Positions 14,866 through 29,322 of a DNA stretch of 64,000 nt are shown piece after piece. The translations under genes were made by a program, and so were the position numbers. The notes beneath the pieces are model-generated. The model ran no database searches, was not told the origin of the DNA, and saw nothing but the letters and a program-made list of their open reading frames with translations. This stretch comes from Octopus vulgaris (Eukaryota), in assembly GCA_951406725.2 (NCBI GenBank), contig OX597841.1:15624001-15688000 (forward strand), read 5' to 3'. Positions within the stretch are counted from its first letter, which is position 1. Every line of letters starts with the position of its first letter.

Positions 14866-15383
14866 TGATCGATTGGTTTGCTATAAAGCCAATATTTACT
14901 TTACCTAACCCTAGAAATGCATCTGAGTAATTAAATACACTTAAATGCGTATCAGCTCTGAAAAGATAATCGCTGTCTTTGAATATGTTGATAGACTCCT
15001 AAACGCATTCATCGCGGGGCCATTCAAACACCGCTAAATGAGCGTTCCATCAGCTGAGTAACAATTCAAATGCAAGCAGCGAATCTCTTACGGGTAAAAC
15101 TAATATTATACTAATTCACTTGATGTTACGTAATATATAATTTACAAACCCTAACCGCCTCGTACGATCTCAGGCTACTTCGAGCTAGCTATTCTTGGGC
15201 GCTTCGTTTACTCCAAACGAGTATTATCGTATATTTTCGAGGGTCCTTTTTTTGTTCACGAGTACATAATAATGTTGATAATGGAATAGATGTTTGTTAT
15301 AAGGTTTCTATCGAATTGTAAGGTTTCTGAAGAAGGGAACATAATGTACGGAAAGTAGAGGTGATCTATATAAATTATAAATG

Positions 15384-15858
15384 TGCTGTGTGGTAAGTAG
15401 CTTGCTAACCAACCACATGGTTCTGGGTTCGGTCCCACTGCATGGCACCTTGAGCAAGTGTGTTCTACTGTAGCCTCGAGCCGACCAAGCCTTGTGAGTG
15501 GATTTGGTAGACGGAAACTGAAAGAAGCCCGTCATATATATGTACATATATACATATAAAATAATATGTACAATTACTCAATAGTCAAGATAAAACTCTG
15601 AGTTTCAGCTGCCGAAGTGGAAATCCACAACACCATCTCTTCGGTTATCTGGGGCCAGATAACCAACATCGCTTGACAACCGATGCTGGTGTGTTTACGT
15701 CCCCGTAACACCAGCGGTTCGGCAAAAGAGAGACCGATAGAATAAGTACTAGGCTTACAAAGAATAAGTCCCGGGGTCGATTCGCTCGACTAAAGGCGGT
15801 GCTCCAGCATGGCCGCAGTCAAAATGACTGAAACAAGTAAAAGAGTAAGAGAGTAAAG
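15384..15858 (+). mobile_element. SINE S1 interrupted at its internal microsatellite by an HHR-bearing insert
   Basis: 5' half 15384-15535, 3' half ~15665-15858. Confidence 0.85.
15589..15649 (-). ncRNA. Type I hammerhead motif (core CCGAAGA, U4>C)
   Basis: GAUAA-CCGAAGA-stem II-GAAACUCAGAGU-U-UUAUC; homologous to 28696-28756. Confidence 0.5.
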
Positions 15859-15964
15859 GAAACGATGAACAATATAATTTAACCAAACACGTGTGTTTGA
15901 AAAGCTTAATCGAAAGCGCTCACACGCCAGAAAAAAAACGTCTTCCAAAAACGGCTTAGTAAGA

Positions 15965-16189
15965 CTCTTACTCTTTTACTTGTTTCAGTCATTTGACTGT
16001 GGCCATGCTGGAGCACCGCCTTGTAGTCGAGCAAATCGACCCCCAGGACTTATTCTTTCCGTAAGCCCAGTACTTATTCTATCGGTCTCTTTTGCCGAAC
16101 CGCTGGTGTTACGGGGACGTAAACATACCAGCATCGGTTGTCAAGCGATGCTGGGGGTGGACAAACACAGACACACAAACATACACACA

Positions 16190-16261
<72 letters not shown>

Positions 16262-16295
16262 CATATATACGACGGGCTTCTTTCAGTTTCCGTCT
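15965..16295 (-). mobile_element. SINE S1, 5'-truncated
   Basis: Matches the S1 3' half and part of the 5' half. Confidence 0.85.
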
Positions 16296-17260
16296 TGATC
16301 ATCATCGTCATCATCAATATCAGCAGCAGCAGCAGCATCAACATCATCATCATGATCGTCATTATCATTATGATGATGATCATCATCATCATAATCGCCA
16401 TCATCGCCGCCGCCGCCGTCGTCGTCGTTATCGTCGTTATTGTCATCGCCACCATCACCATCATCATCACCATCATCATCGTCGCCGTCACCCTATCAGT
16501 AGGGTTGTGTCAAGCCGGCACAAAGTGGCCGTCATCATACAGCCCGGCCTTGTAATTCGAACCCGTTCCTAACGCTCTCTGCCTCTACGTCCAACTCAAC
16601 CGACAGCCACCTAGCGGATCAGTTTACAAGCAGCTGTTACCCAGGACGACATTTTGGTCTCCTGGCATGTATGACATTATAAACACACCCCAAACAGAGA
16701 TATATATTTTTTTTCCGGAGGCAGGACACACAGACAGACACACGCGTGCGCCCATACGCACGCACTCGTACACATACACGAGTTTGTGTGTGTTTGTACG
16801 TATGTATGTGTGAGGGTATGTACGTGTGTATCTATGTATGTATCTATGTATGTGTGTATTTATGCACGTATATATATGTGTATGTATGCATGTGTGCATG
16901 TATTCATGTGTATGTTTGTATGTACATATGTATGTGTGTGTATCTATGTATGCTTGTATGTGTGTACGCATGTGTGTATGTATGAATGTATGTGGGTAGG
17001 TTGACTAGGTAGGTAGGAAGGTAGGTGTGCAGATATGTATGTATGTACGTACGTATGTATATATGTATGTATGGATGTATGTATGCTAGCATCTCTGCAT
17101 GGGTGTATGTACGTGTGTATATATATATATATATATATAAACTTACTTGGAGAAAAAGAGAAACGACGCAAGGCGCTCAGTCATATTATAACAATTTAAT
17201 AAATAAAACATATGCATACATACATATATGTACATACCCACATCTATATGTATATATACA

Positions 17261-17324
<64 letters not shown>

Positions 17325-17448
17325 TACAGGACACCCAAAAAAATAAACGTAGAACACAACGAGAAACGAAAACATAAAATCAATCAAGGAAACGGATTTT
17401 TTTAACAACGAAAAAACAGAGTACAGGACAAACAATACAAGGAACATT

Positions 17449-17510
17449 CCCCTTCATCAGCTGTCCCTGGTTCGACTCAATACGTGTTTCGAAGGTAAGG
17501 GCAGAACACG
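17449..17510 (-). ncRNA. Non-circularly permuted hammerhead motif in a (TA)n-inserted element (~17322-17650)
   Basis: CGUGU-U-CUGCCCU-ua-CCUUC-GAA-ACACG-14nt-AGGGACAG-CUGAUGA-AGG; stem III 5 bp; stem I 7 bp with one bulge. Confidence 0.6.
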
Positions 17511-17922
17511 ACCCGGCCGAAGTAGTCCTCCCTGCAAAATGAATTAAATAAAATTATTTTGCAGAGGGGTAAAAAACAGTGACAAGAACAGGACGTAAAA
17601 GCAATACAAATAAATAAAAATACAGTACACATAAAGAATAAAAACCGGACATATATATATATATATGTGTGTGTGTGTATATGTATATATGTATGTATAC
17701 ATGCATGTTTGTATGTATGTATGTATGAATAGATGGATGGATAGTGGATGGAAGGATGTATGTATGTATGTATGTATGCGTACATACGTATGTATGTGTA
17801 TGTATGTATTATGGTTCACATATTTCTCAGCGTAATAAACATGGGTGTATATGTGTGTGTTTGCTTTCCATCCACCTGGTCCCGGGTTCAATCCGTGAGC
17901 GTGGGACTTGGTTAAATTTCAT

Positions 17923-18006
<84 letters not shown>

Positions 18007-18054
18007 TGCGCAGGCATGGCTGTGTGGTAAGAACTTTGCTTTCCAACTACATGA

Positions 18055-18415
18055 GGGAGGGGACTAGTCGATTACATCGACCCCAGTGCGTAACTGGTAT
18101 TTATTTAATCGTCCCCGAAAGGATGAAAGGCAAAGTCGACCTCGACGGAATTTGAACTCAGAACGTAAAGACGGACGAAATACCTACTTCTTTACTACCC
18201 ACAAGGGGCTAAACACAGAGAAGACAAACAAGGACAGACAAAGAGATTAAGTCGATTATATCGACCCCAGTGCGTAACTGGTACTTATTTAATCGACCCC
18301 GAAAGGATGAAAGACAAAGTCGACCACGGCGGAGTTTGAACTCAGCACGTAACGGCAGACGAAATACCGCTAAGCATTTCACCCGGCGAGCTAACGACTC
18401 GGCCAGCTCGCCGAC
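18055..18415 (-). mobile_element. SINE S2, tandem/dimeric copy
   Basis: Two S2 cores with shared B-box GAGTTCAAA. Confidence 0.85.
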
Positions 18416-18440
18416 TTTAATAATGATAATAATAATAATA

Positions 18441-18475
<35 letters not shown>

Positions 18476-18811
18476 AATGATGATGATGATGATAATAAGA
18501 TGAGACGATTAAAATACCTTTCATAATAAGTCCGCTGGAGCAGGGGTGACCTGGAGCTAAACTATAAGAACCATCATCATCACCATCATCATCAACACTA
18601 CCATCGCAGCTACCACCACAAAGACAACCACCACCACCACCACCATCCACCACCACCACCACCACCACCATCACCACCACTATCTGTCACTAATACGACC
18701 ACTTATGTAGGGGCAGAATGTAGGGGCTGAATGTAGGGGCTGAATGCGACAAGGGGCGCAGGGGGGGGGGAACCACCATTAATTAAAACAGAATGTAAGT
18801 ATGTGTGTGTG

Positions 18812-18854
<43 letters not shown>

Positions 18855-19198
18855 ATATGTGTTTCTGTATATGTGAGCGTGCGCGTATGTTTATGTGTGT
18901 GTGTGTGAGTGTGTGTCATGGAAGGAAAGCCTAGCAGGTACTTAGCTGTGTAGATCGTAGAAGGGAGTAGGGGGTATGGACCCCCCCCCCCCCGGACACT
19001 AAGTAGGTTTATGGCCGTATGAGGTAGGGGTGGCGGAGCAGTGTGTGTGTGGGGGTGGTGCATGGTGGGGGGTGTAGCAGGGCGGCGGCGCGGTGGGGGC
19101 TGTTGAACAGGTGGAACACTGAGGATTATATTTTAAGGAGCCGGCAGGTGCTTCTGCGATGGGGTCCTTTTTTTTAATACACATTCACGCGCAGATAC

Positions 19199-19236
<38 letters not shown>

Positions 19237-19406
19237 GCATACATACATACATACATACATACATACGCAGAGTAACATATAAATACATACATACATATAC
19301 ATACATATACATACATACCCACATATATATATATACGCATACCCCTAGGTACATATATGCATAAATATACATGAACACATATGTATGTATATATGTATAT
19401 ATATAC

Positions 19407-19465
<59 letters not shown>

Positions 19466-20010
19466 TAGTTGAATGAATTATCCTAGTATGGATAATTCGG
19501 TTAACCGATACCAGGGTAGCAAATTCACGTCAGAAAAACACGGTTGAAGCTACATGCCAAGGGCAGAGATCACGTGCAGCCCTTATTCCTTCGATATTAG
19601 GAATATGCAGTCTTCGAAACATATGTCGAGAATGAAGGAATTTTGTTAAATCGTCGTTCAACTCCATTCTTTCATTTATTTGTATATATATATATGTGTG
19701 TGTGTGTATATTTAGGGAGATGTACTTGCATAGCAAGTGACCTGATCTGAGATCGTGTGCTGGAACGAAAACAATTGCAGCGTGGAAGGTGTTTATTCCT
19801 TTATTTGTATCAGACATTTGACTGAGGCCATGCTGGAGCATAGCCTTTAGTCGAGCAAATCGACCCCAGAACTCATTCTTTGTTGTAAGCCTAGTAGTTA
19901 TTCTATCGGTCGCTTTAGCCGAACCGCTAAGTAATGGAGACGTAAATACACCACCATCGGTCGTCCAGTGAACACACACACGCACACATATATATCTTTA
20001 TATCTTTATG

Positions 20011-20170
<160 letters not shown>

Positions 20171-20859
20171 TGAAGAGATTCTTTGAGATTTGTTCTACTA
20201 AATTCACCCATAAGGCTTTGGTCAGTGGGACTGAACCCGGAACCATGGGATTGGGAGACAAGCTTCTTACCACACAGCTACGCTTATTGTATGCACTCGT
20301 CACCGCCACCAGCACCCGTGCCCCCCCCCCCCATATATACCACAGCTCTGTATATATCCCTTTCCTCGCCGCCACCGCCACCACGCGCACACGCACGCCT
20401 CGCCGCCGCCTCAATTTCCAAGCCACCCAACATTTTCGGTTCATCAGCCTCAACCGAGGGTAGCTGGGTGGTGCAGGGGAGTGGAGTGTGACGCGGGGGG
20501 GTGGGGTGGGGGCCTATGGTGGCGGTGACAACAAAACAGGGACCCTAAAACCTTACGCGTGTCCTCGAATATCATCTATTATAGTTCCCTTCCACCACCT
20601 CCTCCTCCTCCTCTGCTTCCTCCTCCTCTGCTTCCTCCTCCTCCACTTCCTCCCCCTCCCTCATGTTTGTCTCCTTCCTCTCCTTCCTCTTCTGGCTCCT
20701 CTCGTCACGGATCGTTACCCACCATCGACCTAAAAAAGTAAAGGCGAAAACTGCCCATACTCTCTACACACCCGGCCCACATCCTCTCATATATGCATCC
20801 ACATGCAACATATATACGTACACATACGTAAATACATACATACATACATATATACATAC

Positions 20860-20961
<102 letters not shown>

Positions 20962-21111
20962 ACATATATATATATATACATACATATATATATATACACA
21001 TATATTAGTATATATATATATTATATATACATATATACATATACAAGAATATATATAAATAGACAGATAGATACATACATACATTACATACATAGACATA
21101 TTTATGTGTGT

Positions 21112-21149
<38 letters not shown>

Positions 21150-21318
21150 TACCGTTATTGTTTTTACGTTTTTGTATTCTTATTGTTGTCACGTATTCTG
21201 TATTTTTGTTCGTGTACTTCGTTCGTTTTCCGTCCTCGCGTTGTATACATTCGAAGCTTTCTTCCAGGGGATCTAATGCACTTGGCTTAGATTTCCCGTG
21301 GCGGGCTGCCCATATCGG

Positions 21319-21392
21319 AGCAATCTCAAGATTAATCAGCCGAAATTGCTAAGATGATCTGGTTCTTGACTGATGACTGAGGGCTTCGAATG
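21319..21392 (+). ncRNA. Non-circularly permuted hammerhead motif in a (TA)n-inserted element (21146-21470)
   Basis: AGCAAU-C-UCAAGA-uuaa-UCAG-cc-GAA-AUUGCU-13nt-UCUUGA-CUGAUGA-CUGA; stems III, I and II are 6, 6 and 4 Watson-Crick bp; extra helix 21248-21257/21383-21392. Confidence 0.7.
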
Positions 21393-21469
21393 TCCCGTCC
21401 TGTGGTTCTTGTGTCGTCTCTGTGGCGTTTCATGTTCTTGTCCATGTCTGTAATTATTTTTACTGTTTA

Positions 21470-21526
<57 letters not shown>

Positions 21527-21612
21527 ATATGCATGTATTTATGTATATGCATGTACACATACTCAGTGCTCCAGCATTGCCGCAGTCAAGTGACTGAAAC
21601 AAATAGAAGAAT

Positions 21613-21651
<39 letters not shown>

Positions 21652-22157
21652 ATAATTGATAGATAGAGTGATTGAGAGAAAGAGAGAGAAATATGCATAC
21701 ATACACATATATAAATATATGTATATATGTACATATATGTGTGTGAGTCTACATACATATGTGTATGTACATATATATGCATGTATGTGTGTGTGTGTGT
21801 GTGTATGTATACACCCTAGCTACCCACCCGCTCACTCTACCCCTATTGTTGCGCGAACCCTGTTTCGTCCTCCCCCACTCCACGCTGTCCCCCATATCCT
21901 CATTCGTCCTGTTTGCCTCCAAAGGCTTTCATCTTTGTTATTTGTTCCTGCAAGTTTGCGTGTGTGTGAGTGTGTGTGTGTGTATGTGTGTGTGTGCGTG
22001 CATGCATGTGTGTGTGTGTGCATGTGTGTGTGTGCGTGTGCGCGCGCGCATGTGTGTGTGTGTGTGTGTGCCCATATACAGGTGCGGATGCGTGTGTTGT
22101 ATTGTAAGTATATATACACATGTCCTTGCATGAATAAGTGCATGGCTGTGTATGTGC

Positions 22158-22201
<44 letters not shown>

Positions 22202-22404
22202 GCATGCATGTCCATTGTATGGTGTGGTATAAATTTTTAATAGCACAGCAAATAACGAATATTTAGTACTTAGTATTCCGGTGTTATACACAAATATACA
22301 CATAACAAAAAATGTATATAAAGAAAATTACTTGTTATAGATCTCACCTTATAGAGCCGACAATTGTTTCTATTGCATTAACATAAAACATTAATTTTAA
22401 TGAC

Positions 22405-22463
<59 letters not shown>

Positions 22464-22749
22464 TAATATATATATATATATGCATATATACATACATATA
22501 TGTACATACTTACATCTCTACGTATATATATATATATATTTATAGGTGTAGGCGTGGCTGTGTGGCAAGAAGCTTACTTCCCAACCACATGGTTCCGGGT
22601 TCAGTCCCACTGCATGGCACCTTGAGCAAGTGTCTTCAACTATAGCCTCGGACCGACCAAGGCCTTGTGAGAGGATTTGGTAAGCGGAAACCGAAAAAAA
22701 CCCGTCGTGTATATATATATATATACATATACATATACGTATATATATA

Positions 22750-22939
22750 CTTTATTTAAAGCAGCAGAAAATTCAACAAAACCTGTTACCCTGAGTTTCC
22801 CGTTGCCGTTCATTGGACAGTTTTTGCTAGCAACAACTGTCCGTTGAATTTTCTGCTGCTTAAAATAAAGCATATTACTCTACCACTGGCCTTTGAGTAC
22901 TCTTTTTTCCAACTTGTTTCACATTTATGTGTTTACTTC

Positions 22940-22941
<2 letters not shown>
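22750..22941 (-). mobile_element. (TA)n-inserted element with internal inverted repeat and a decayed type I HHR (22783-22820)
   Basis: IR 22750-22777/22843-22870; minus strand CUGU-CCAAUGA-ACG(gcaa)CGG-GAAACUCAGGGU-A-ACAG; right end matches 9613-9690 inverted. Confidence 0.6.
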
Positions 22942-22988
<47 letters not shown>

Positions 22989-23032
22989 TTTCTTTCGCCC
23001 ATTTGACTGTGGCTATGCTGGAGCACAGCCTT

Positions 23033-23080
<48 letters not shown>

Positions 23081-23106
23081 TGTGTGTGTGTACGTTTGTG
23101 TGTATA

Positions 23107-23960
23107 GGTGCAGGAGTAGCTATGTGGTAATTGGCTTGCTTAACAACCACATGGTTCCGGGTTCAGTCCCACTGCATGGCACCTTGGGAAAGTGTCTTCT
23201 ACTATAGCCTTGGGCCAACCAGATGTCTTGTGAGTGGATTTGGTTGACGGAAACTGAAAGAAGCCAGTCGTATATATGTGTGTTGTGTGTTGTGTGTGTG
23301 TGTGTGTGTTTGTGTGTATGTGTACGTTTGTGTGTATGTCTGTGCGTCTTTGTCTCCCATCATCACTTGACAACCGATGCTGGTGTAAACTTTGTCGGCC
23401 CCACATACCCAGTCTCTATTCTTTGCTTGTTCACCGATTCCCTGCTGCATAGCGCCTGAGGGACGACTCCCTCTCAGCACTCGGCATTAGAACACACGCA
23501 AGTCATATACATTATATATATATATATTTATTATATATATATACTCTTTACTCTTTTACTCTTTTACTCTTTTACTTGTTTCAGTCATTTTGACTGCGGC
23601 CATGCTGGTGCACCGCCTTTAGTCGAGCAAATCGACTCCGGGACTTATTCTTTGTAAGCCCAGTACTTATTCTATCGGTCTCTTTTTGCCGAACCGCTAA
23701 GTGACGGGGACGTAAACACACCAGCATCGATTGTCAAGCAATGCTAGGGGGACAAACACAGACACACAAACACACATACATATATATATATATATATACA
23801 TATATACGACAGGCTTCTTTCAGTTTCCGTCTACCAAATCCACTCACAAGACATTGGTCGGCCCGGGGCTAGGCAGAAGACACTTGCCCAAGATGCCACG
23901 CAGTGGGACTGAACCCTGAACGATGTGGTTGGTTAGCAAGCTACTTACCACACAGCCACA
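23107..23960. mobile_element. Two S1 SINEs (+ 23107-23390; - 23544-23960)
   Basis: S1 head, body and tail matches. Confidence 0.85.
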
Positions 23961-23972
23961 TATTTATTTATA

Positions 23973-24021
<49 letters not shown>

Positions 24022-24063
24022 ATATCTGATGAAGTGGAATATTCTTTATGTTGTATGTCCCGT

Positions 24064-24105
24064 TTAGGGTTAGGGTTAGGGTTAGGGTTAGGGTTAGGGT
24101 TAGGG
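24064..24105 (+). repeat. Interstitial telomeric repeat (TTAGGG)7
   Basis: Seven perfect units inside a 24026-24215 relative of the 17322-17460 element. Confidence 0.95.
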
Positions 24106-24283
24106 TTTATTTTTCGTTGTTCGAAAAAAACTTCGTTTTCTAAATTTTTGTTTTTATGCTTTCGTTTCTCATATTGCGTTCAACATTTTTGTTTCGATGT
24201 CCTGCACCCATATACGCATGTATATATATACATATATATGTAGGTATGTACATATATGTATGTGTATATGCATATATTGTATG

Positions 24284-24606
24284 TCTTGCTAACAACTTGC
24301 ACATGCAAGAGCTACCAGTCAAAAGCTCCGTGTACCGGAAGCCAGCAAGTATATGGGGTCATCAGGAGAGAATGCGCGCCGTTTCGGGGCCTACCTTTCG
24401 ACACAGTTTAACTTTATAACCAGCTGATCTAGCAAGCGGGGCCTCATATCAGTGAGGGGGGGGGGGGGGCCAGTGCGCATTGATGCCGTCGAGAGGTAGG
24501 CCCCGAAACGGCGCGCATTCTCTTCTGATGACCCCATACACTTGCTGGCTTCCGGTATGCAGAGTTTTTGACTGGTAGCACTTGCATGTGCAAGTTGTTT
24601 GCAAGA
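24284..24606. mobile_element. Inverted-repeat element (arms ~118 bp) with a permuted HHR motif at 24485-24535 (+)
   Basis: Arms 24284-24401 and 24488-24606; GCCGU-C-GAGAGG-uaggcccc-GAA-ACGGC-gcgcau-UCUCUU-CUGAUGA-CC. Confidence 0.7.
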
Positions 24607-24630
24607 TATATATATATGCATATATATATA

Positions 24631-24958
24631 TGGCTCAGTGGTTAGAGCGTCGAGCTTACGATCGTGAGGTTGTGAGCTCGAATCCCGGACCGGGCTGCGT
24701 GTTGTGTTCTCGAGCAAGGCACTTTATTTCACGTTGCTCCAGTTCACTCAGCTGTAGAAATGAGCTGCGACGTCACAGGTGCCAAGCTGTATCGACCTTT
24801 GTCTTTCCCTTGGATAACACTGGTGGCGTGGAGAGGGGAGGCTGGTATGCATGGGCGGCTGCTGGTCTTCCATAAACAACCTTGCCCGGACTTGTGTCTA
24901 GGAGGGTAACTTTCTAGGTGCAATCCCATGGTCATTCATGACCGAAGGGGTCTTTACC

Positions 24959-24962
<4 letters not shown>
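24631..24962 (+). mobile_element. tRNA-headed SINE family S4, near full length
   Basis: A box TGGCTCAGTGG; B box GAGCTCGAATCCC; tail GGGGTCTTTACCCTTT. Confidence 0.85.
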
Positions 24963-24974
<12 letters not shown>

Positions 24975-24995
<21 letters not shown>

Positions 24996-25190
24996 TGTGT
25001 GTGTGTGTATTATTGTCAGGTTTCTTTCGGTTTCCATCTACCAAATTCACTCACAAGGTTTTGGTCGGTCCGAAGTTATGCTGGAAGACACTTGCCCAAG
25101 GTGCCACGCAGTGGAACTGAACCCAGAACTATGTGGTTGGGAAGCTAGCTTCTTACCACACAACCAGGCCCGCCCTAGGATAGCTCGATC

Positions 25191-25267
<77 letters not shown>

Positions 25268-25290
25268 TGAGAGAGAAAGTGAGAGGGAGA

Positions 25291-25343
<53 letters not shown>

Positions 25344-25578
25344 TGGGTATGGTAGATGATATATATATATATATATGCATGTGTGTGTGTGTATTATTGT
25401 CAGGTTTCTTTCGGTTTCCATCTACCAAATTCACTCACAAGGTTTTGGTCGGTCCGAAGTTATACTGGAAGACACTTGCCCAAGGTACCACGCAGTGGAA
25501 CTGAACCCAGAACTATGTGGTTGGGAAGCTAGCTTCTTACCACACAACCTGGCCCGCCCTAGGATAGCTCGATCGATC

Positions 25579-25647
<69 letters not shown>

Positions 25648-25727
25648 TGAGAAAGAAAGTGAGAGGGAGAGTGTGAGGGAGAGAGAGAGAGAGAGAGGGA
25701 GAGAGAGACTTTGGGTATGGTAGATGA
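24975..25727. repeat. Tandem duplication (~385-bp unit: S1 5' half plus (GATA)n and (GA)n)
   Basis: Both units share private variants and end ACTTTGGGTATGGTAGATGA. Confidence 0.9.
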
Positions 25728-25834
25728 GTTCAGTTAAAAATTTAGATTCAGATGAATATGGTACTTAAGTCGAGGCGCCAGAATTTAGTATGGTATTATC
25801 CATACAATATCAAAGTAAGGTGATGAAAATCAAA

Positions 25835-25956
25835 AAGCAACAAGGATATCCAGAGGTAATGCAGTGCGATACATTGTTCAAGGAAATGCATTGTTCAATT
25901 AAATGGAGTTGCATGAAACGACCGTACTGCATTACTTCTGGATATCCTTGTTGCTT
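25835..25956. repeat. ~33-bp inverted repeat flanking a half-hammerhead motif
   Basis: Arms 25835-25867/25923-25956; GAAACGACCGUA at 25915-25926. Confidence 0.7.
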
Positions 25957-25966
25957 ATTTTTATAG

Positions 25967-26017
<51 letters not shown>

Positions 26018-26204
26018 AGAGATAAAAAGACAAACAGACAGACAGATAGATAGAGAGAGAGTGAGAGAGACAGAGATATGTATGTATGTGAATGTGTCTA
26101 AAGTTTTCAAAAGATTTCCTCGTGTTTATGAAATACACACACATATTTAAATGTGCGCTAGAACATATTTACACACACACGCGCACACACACATACACAT
26201 ACAT

Positions 26205-26267
<63 letters not shown>

Positions 26268-26279
26268 TATATATTTCTC

Positions 26280-27247
<968 letters not shown>

Positions 27248-27413
27248 ATATGTATGTATGTATATATGTATATATAAGCGCACAGGTAAGATACAGGTAA
27301 GATTTATAGCTGTATAAATGTATACAGATTACACGACAGCAATCACCATAAACACACACAAAAATAGCATAAGATATACCACACACACACACGAACACAC
27401 ACACACGATCACA

Positions 27414-27456
<43 letters not shown>

Positions 27457-27913
27457 ACACACACACACTTCTAAACAAACAAAAATTCAAGCCACCACCC
27501 ATAATCACAAACACCCACACAAACACCCGTACGCGCACCTGCCGGTTCCTCCACCCCCGTCTCCCTAAGCCCATATCTCGACTCCCACCGCCGCCGCCGC
27601 CGCCGCCGCCGCCTTCACCTCACACTCCACCTCCACTCGACCGAGCCTGAGTGTCTCAAACAGGTTGTCTCCTCGGCTTGCTTCTTCCAAGTCAACAGCT
27701 GGCAGCCAGTCACATGCCAGAAGATAATGGCCTTATATTTAACATACAAACTACCTTTTCACAATGTGTCTTTACCTTCGCTTTCTGTTTACACCCCCTC
27801 TCACTATCTCTCTCTCTTTCCTTTACACTCTCTCTCCCTCTCTGTCTATCTGCATGTTTGTGTGTATGTGTGCATGAATTGAATACGTATATATGCATGT
27901 ATCTATCTATCTA

Positions 27914-27964
<51 letters not shown>

Positions 27965-27966
<2 letters not shown>

Positions 27967-28360
27967 GCAGGAGTGGCTGTGTGGTAAGTAGCTTGCTTAC
28001 CAACCACATGGGTCCGGGTTCAGTCCCACTGCGTGTCACCTTGGGCAAGTGTCTTCTACTATAGCCTCGGGACGAATAAAGCCTTGTGAGTGGATTTGGT
28101 AGACGGAAACTGAAAGAAGCCGGTCGTATATATATATATATATATATATATGTAGGTCCCGGGTTGATTCGGGGTTAACCACAGTAAATAAGGTACTCAA
28201 TACATAGCAGAGTAAAATTAATTTATTATATAGAAGGAGCTTCTACAGGACTAGAACTGTTTCATTCAAGAGAAATCTTCAGGAAGCTCATGAAGATTCC
28301 TGAAGATTTCTCTTGAATGAAACAGTTCTAGTTCTGTAGAAGCTCCTTCTATATAATAAA

Positions 28361-28426
<66 letters not shown>

Positions 28427-28606
28427 ATGATTGTGTGTTTGTCCCCCTAGCATTGCTTGACAACCGATGCTGGTGTGTTTATGTCCCCGTCACCTAGCGG
28501 TTCGGCAAAAGAGACCGATAGAATAAGTACTGGGCTTACAAAGAGTTGCTCGATTAAAGGCGGTGCTCCAGCATGGCGCAGTCAAATGACTGAAACAAGT
28601 AAAGGA
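27965..28606 (+). mobile_element. SINE S1 interrupted by an HHR inverted-repeat insert (28152-28360)
   Basis: 5' half 27965-28128, 3' half ~28435-28606. Confidence 0.85.
28237..28289 (-). ncRNA. Type I hammerhead ribozyme motif; an inverted second copy lies at 28297-28345 (+)
   Basis: GAGCUUC-CUGAAGA-uUUC(ucuu)GAAu-GAA-ACAG(8-nt loop)CUGU-A-GAAGCUC; stem I 7 bp perfect; U.U at the base of stem II. Confidence 0.7.
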
Positions 28607-28607
28607 G

Positions 28608-28666
<59 letters not shown>

Positions 28667-28695
28667 GTAATATGTGGTAATTATTCGGTAACCAA

Positions 28696-28756
28696 GATAA
28701 AACTCCGAGTTTCGGATGCCGAGGTGGAAATCCTCTCCACCATCTCTTCAGTTAAC
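28696..28756 (-). ncRNA. Type I hammerhead motif
   Basis: GUUAA-CUGAAGA-GAUG..CAUC-c-GAAACUCGGAGU-U-UUAUC; quasi-palindromic stem III. Confidence 0.6.
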
Positions 28757-28784
28757 CGGCCATCGGAAAAAAACTATATATATG

Positions 28785-28894
<110 letters not shown>

Positions 28895-28919
28895 CAGATA
28901 GAGAGAGAGAGAGAGAGAG

Positions 28920-28988
<69 letters not shown>

Positions 28989-29322
28989 TAGGTGCAGGAG
29001 TGGTTATGTGGTTAGTAGCTTGCTCACCGACCACAAAGTTCCGTGTTCAGTTACACTACGTGGCACCTTGGGCGAGTGTCTTCTACTATAGCCGTCCAAC
29101 CATTAAGTAAAATAAGCACGTTAATCGAATTAAGCGTGGTGGGGGTTCGTGCACCACTGAAATAGTAAATGGTTTACGGCACTAAAAGAAATCATTGTAA
29201 ACTTGCTAAAATGATATTCAGGGTGTTTTAACCCGACTATTTATTGAAGCAGGTATGTTACATAAGATTATTTTTTAAGATTTCATCAAAGACTTTGCAA
29301 CTGAGAAAAAAGCTGGAGAAAA

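Noticed and set aside
24631-24705. tRNA gene calls for SINE heads (also 60764, 3187 and S1 heads)
   Set aside because: A and B boxes are present, but the heads continue into multi-copy SINE bodies and no full cloverleaf was verified
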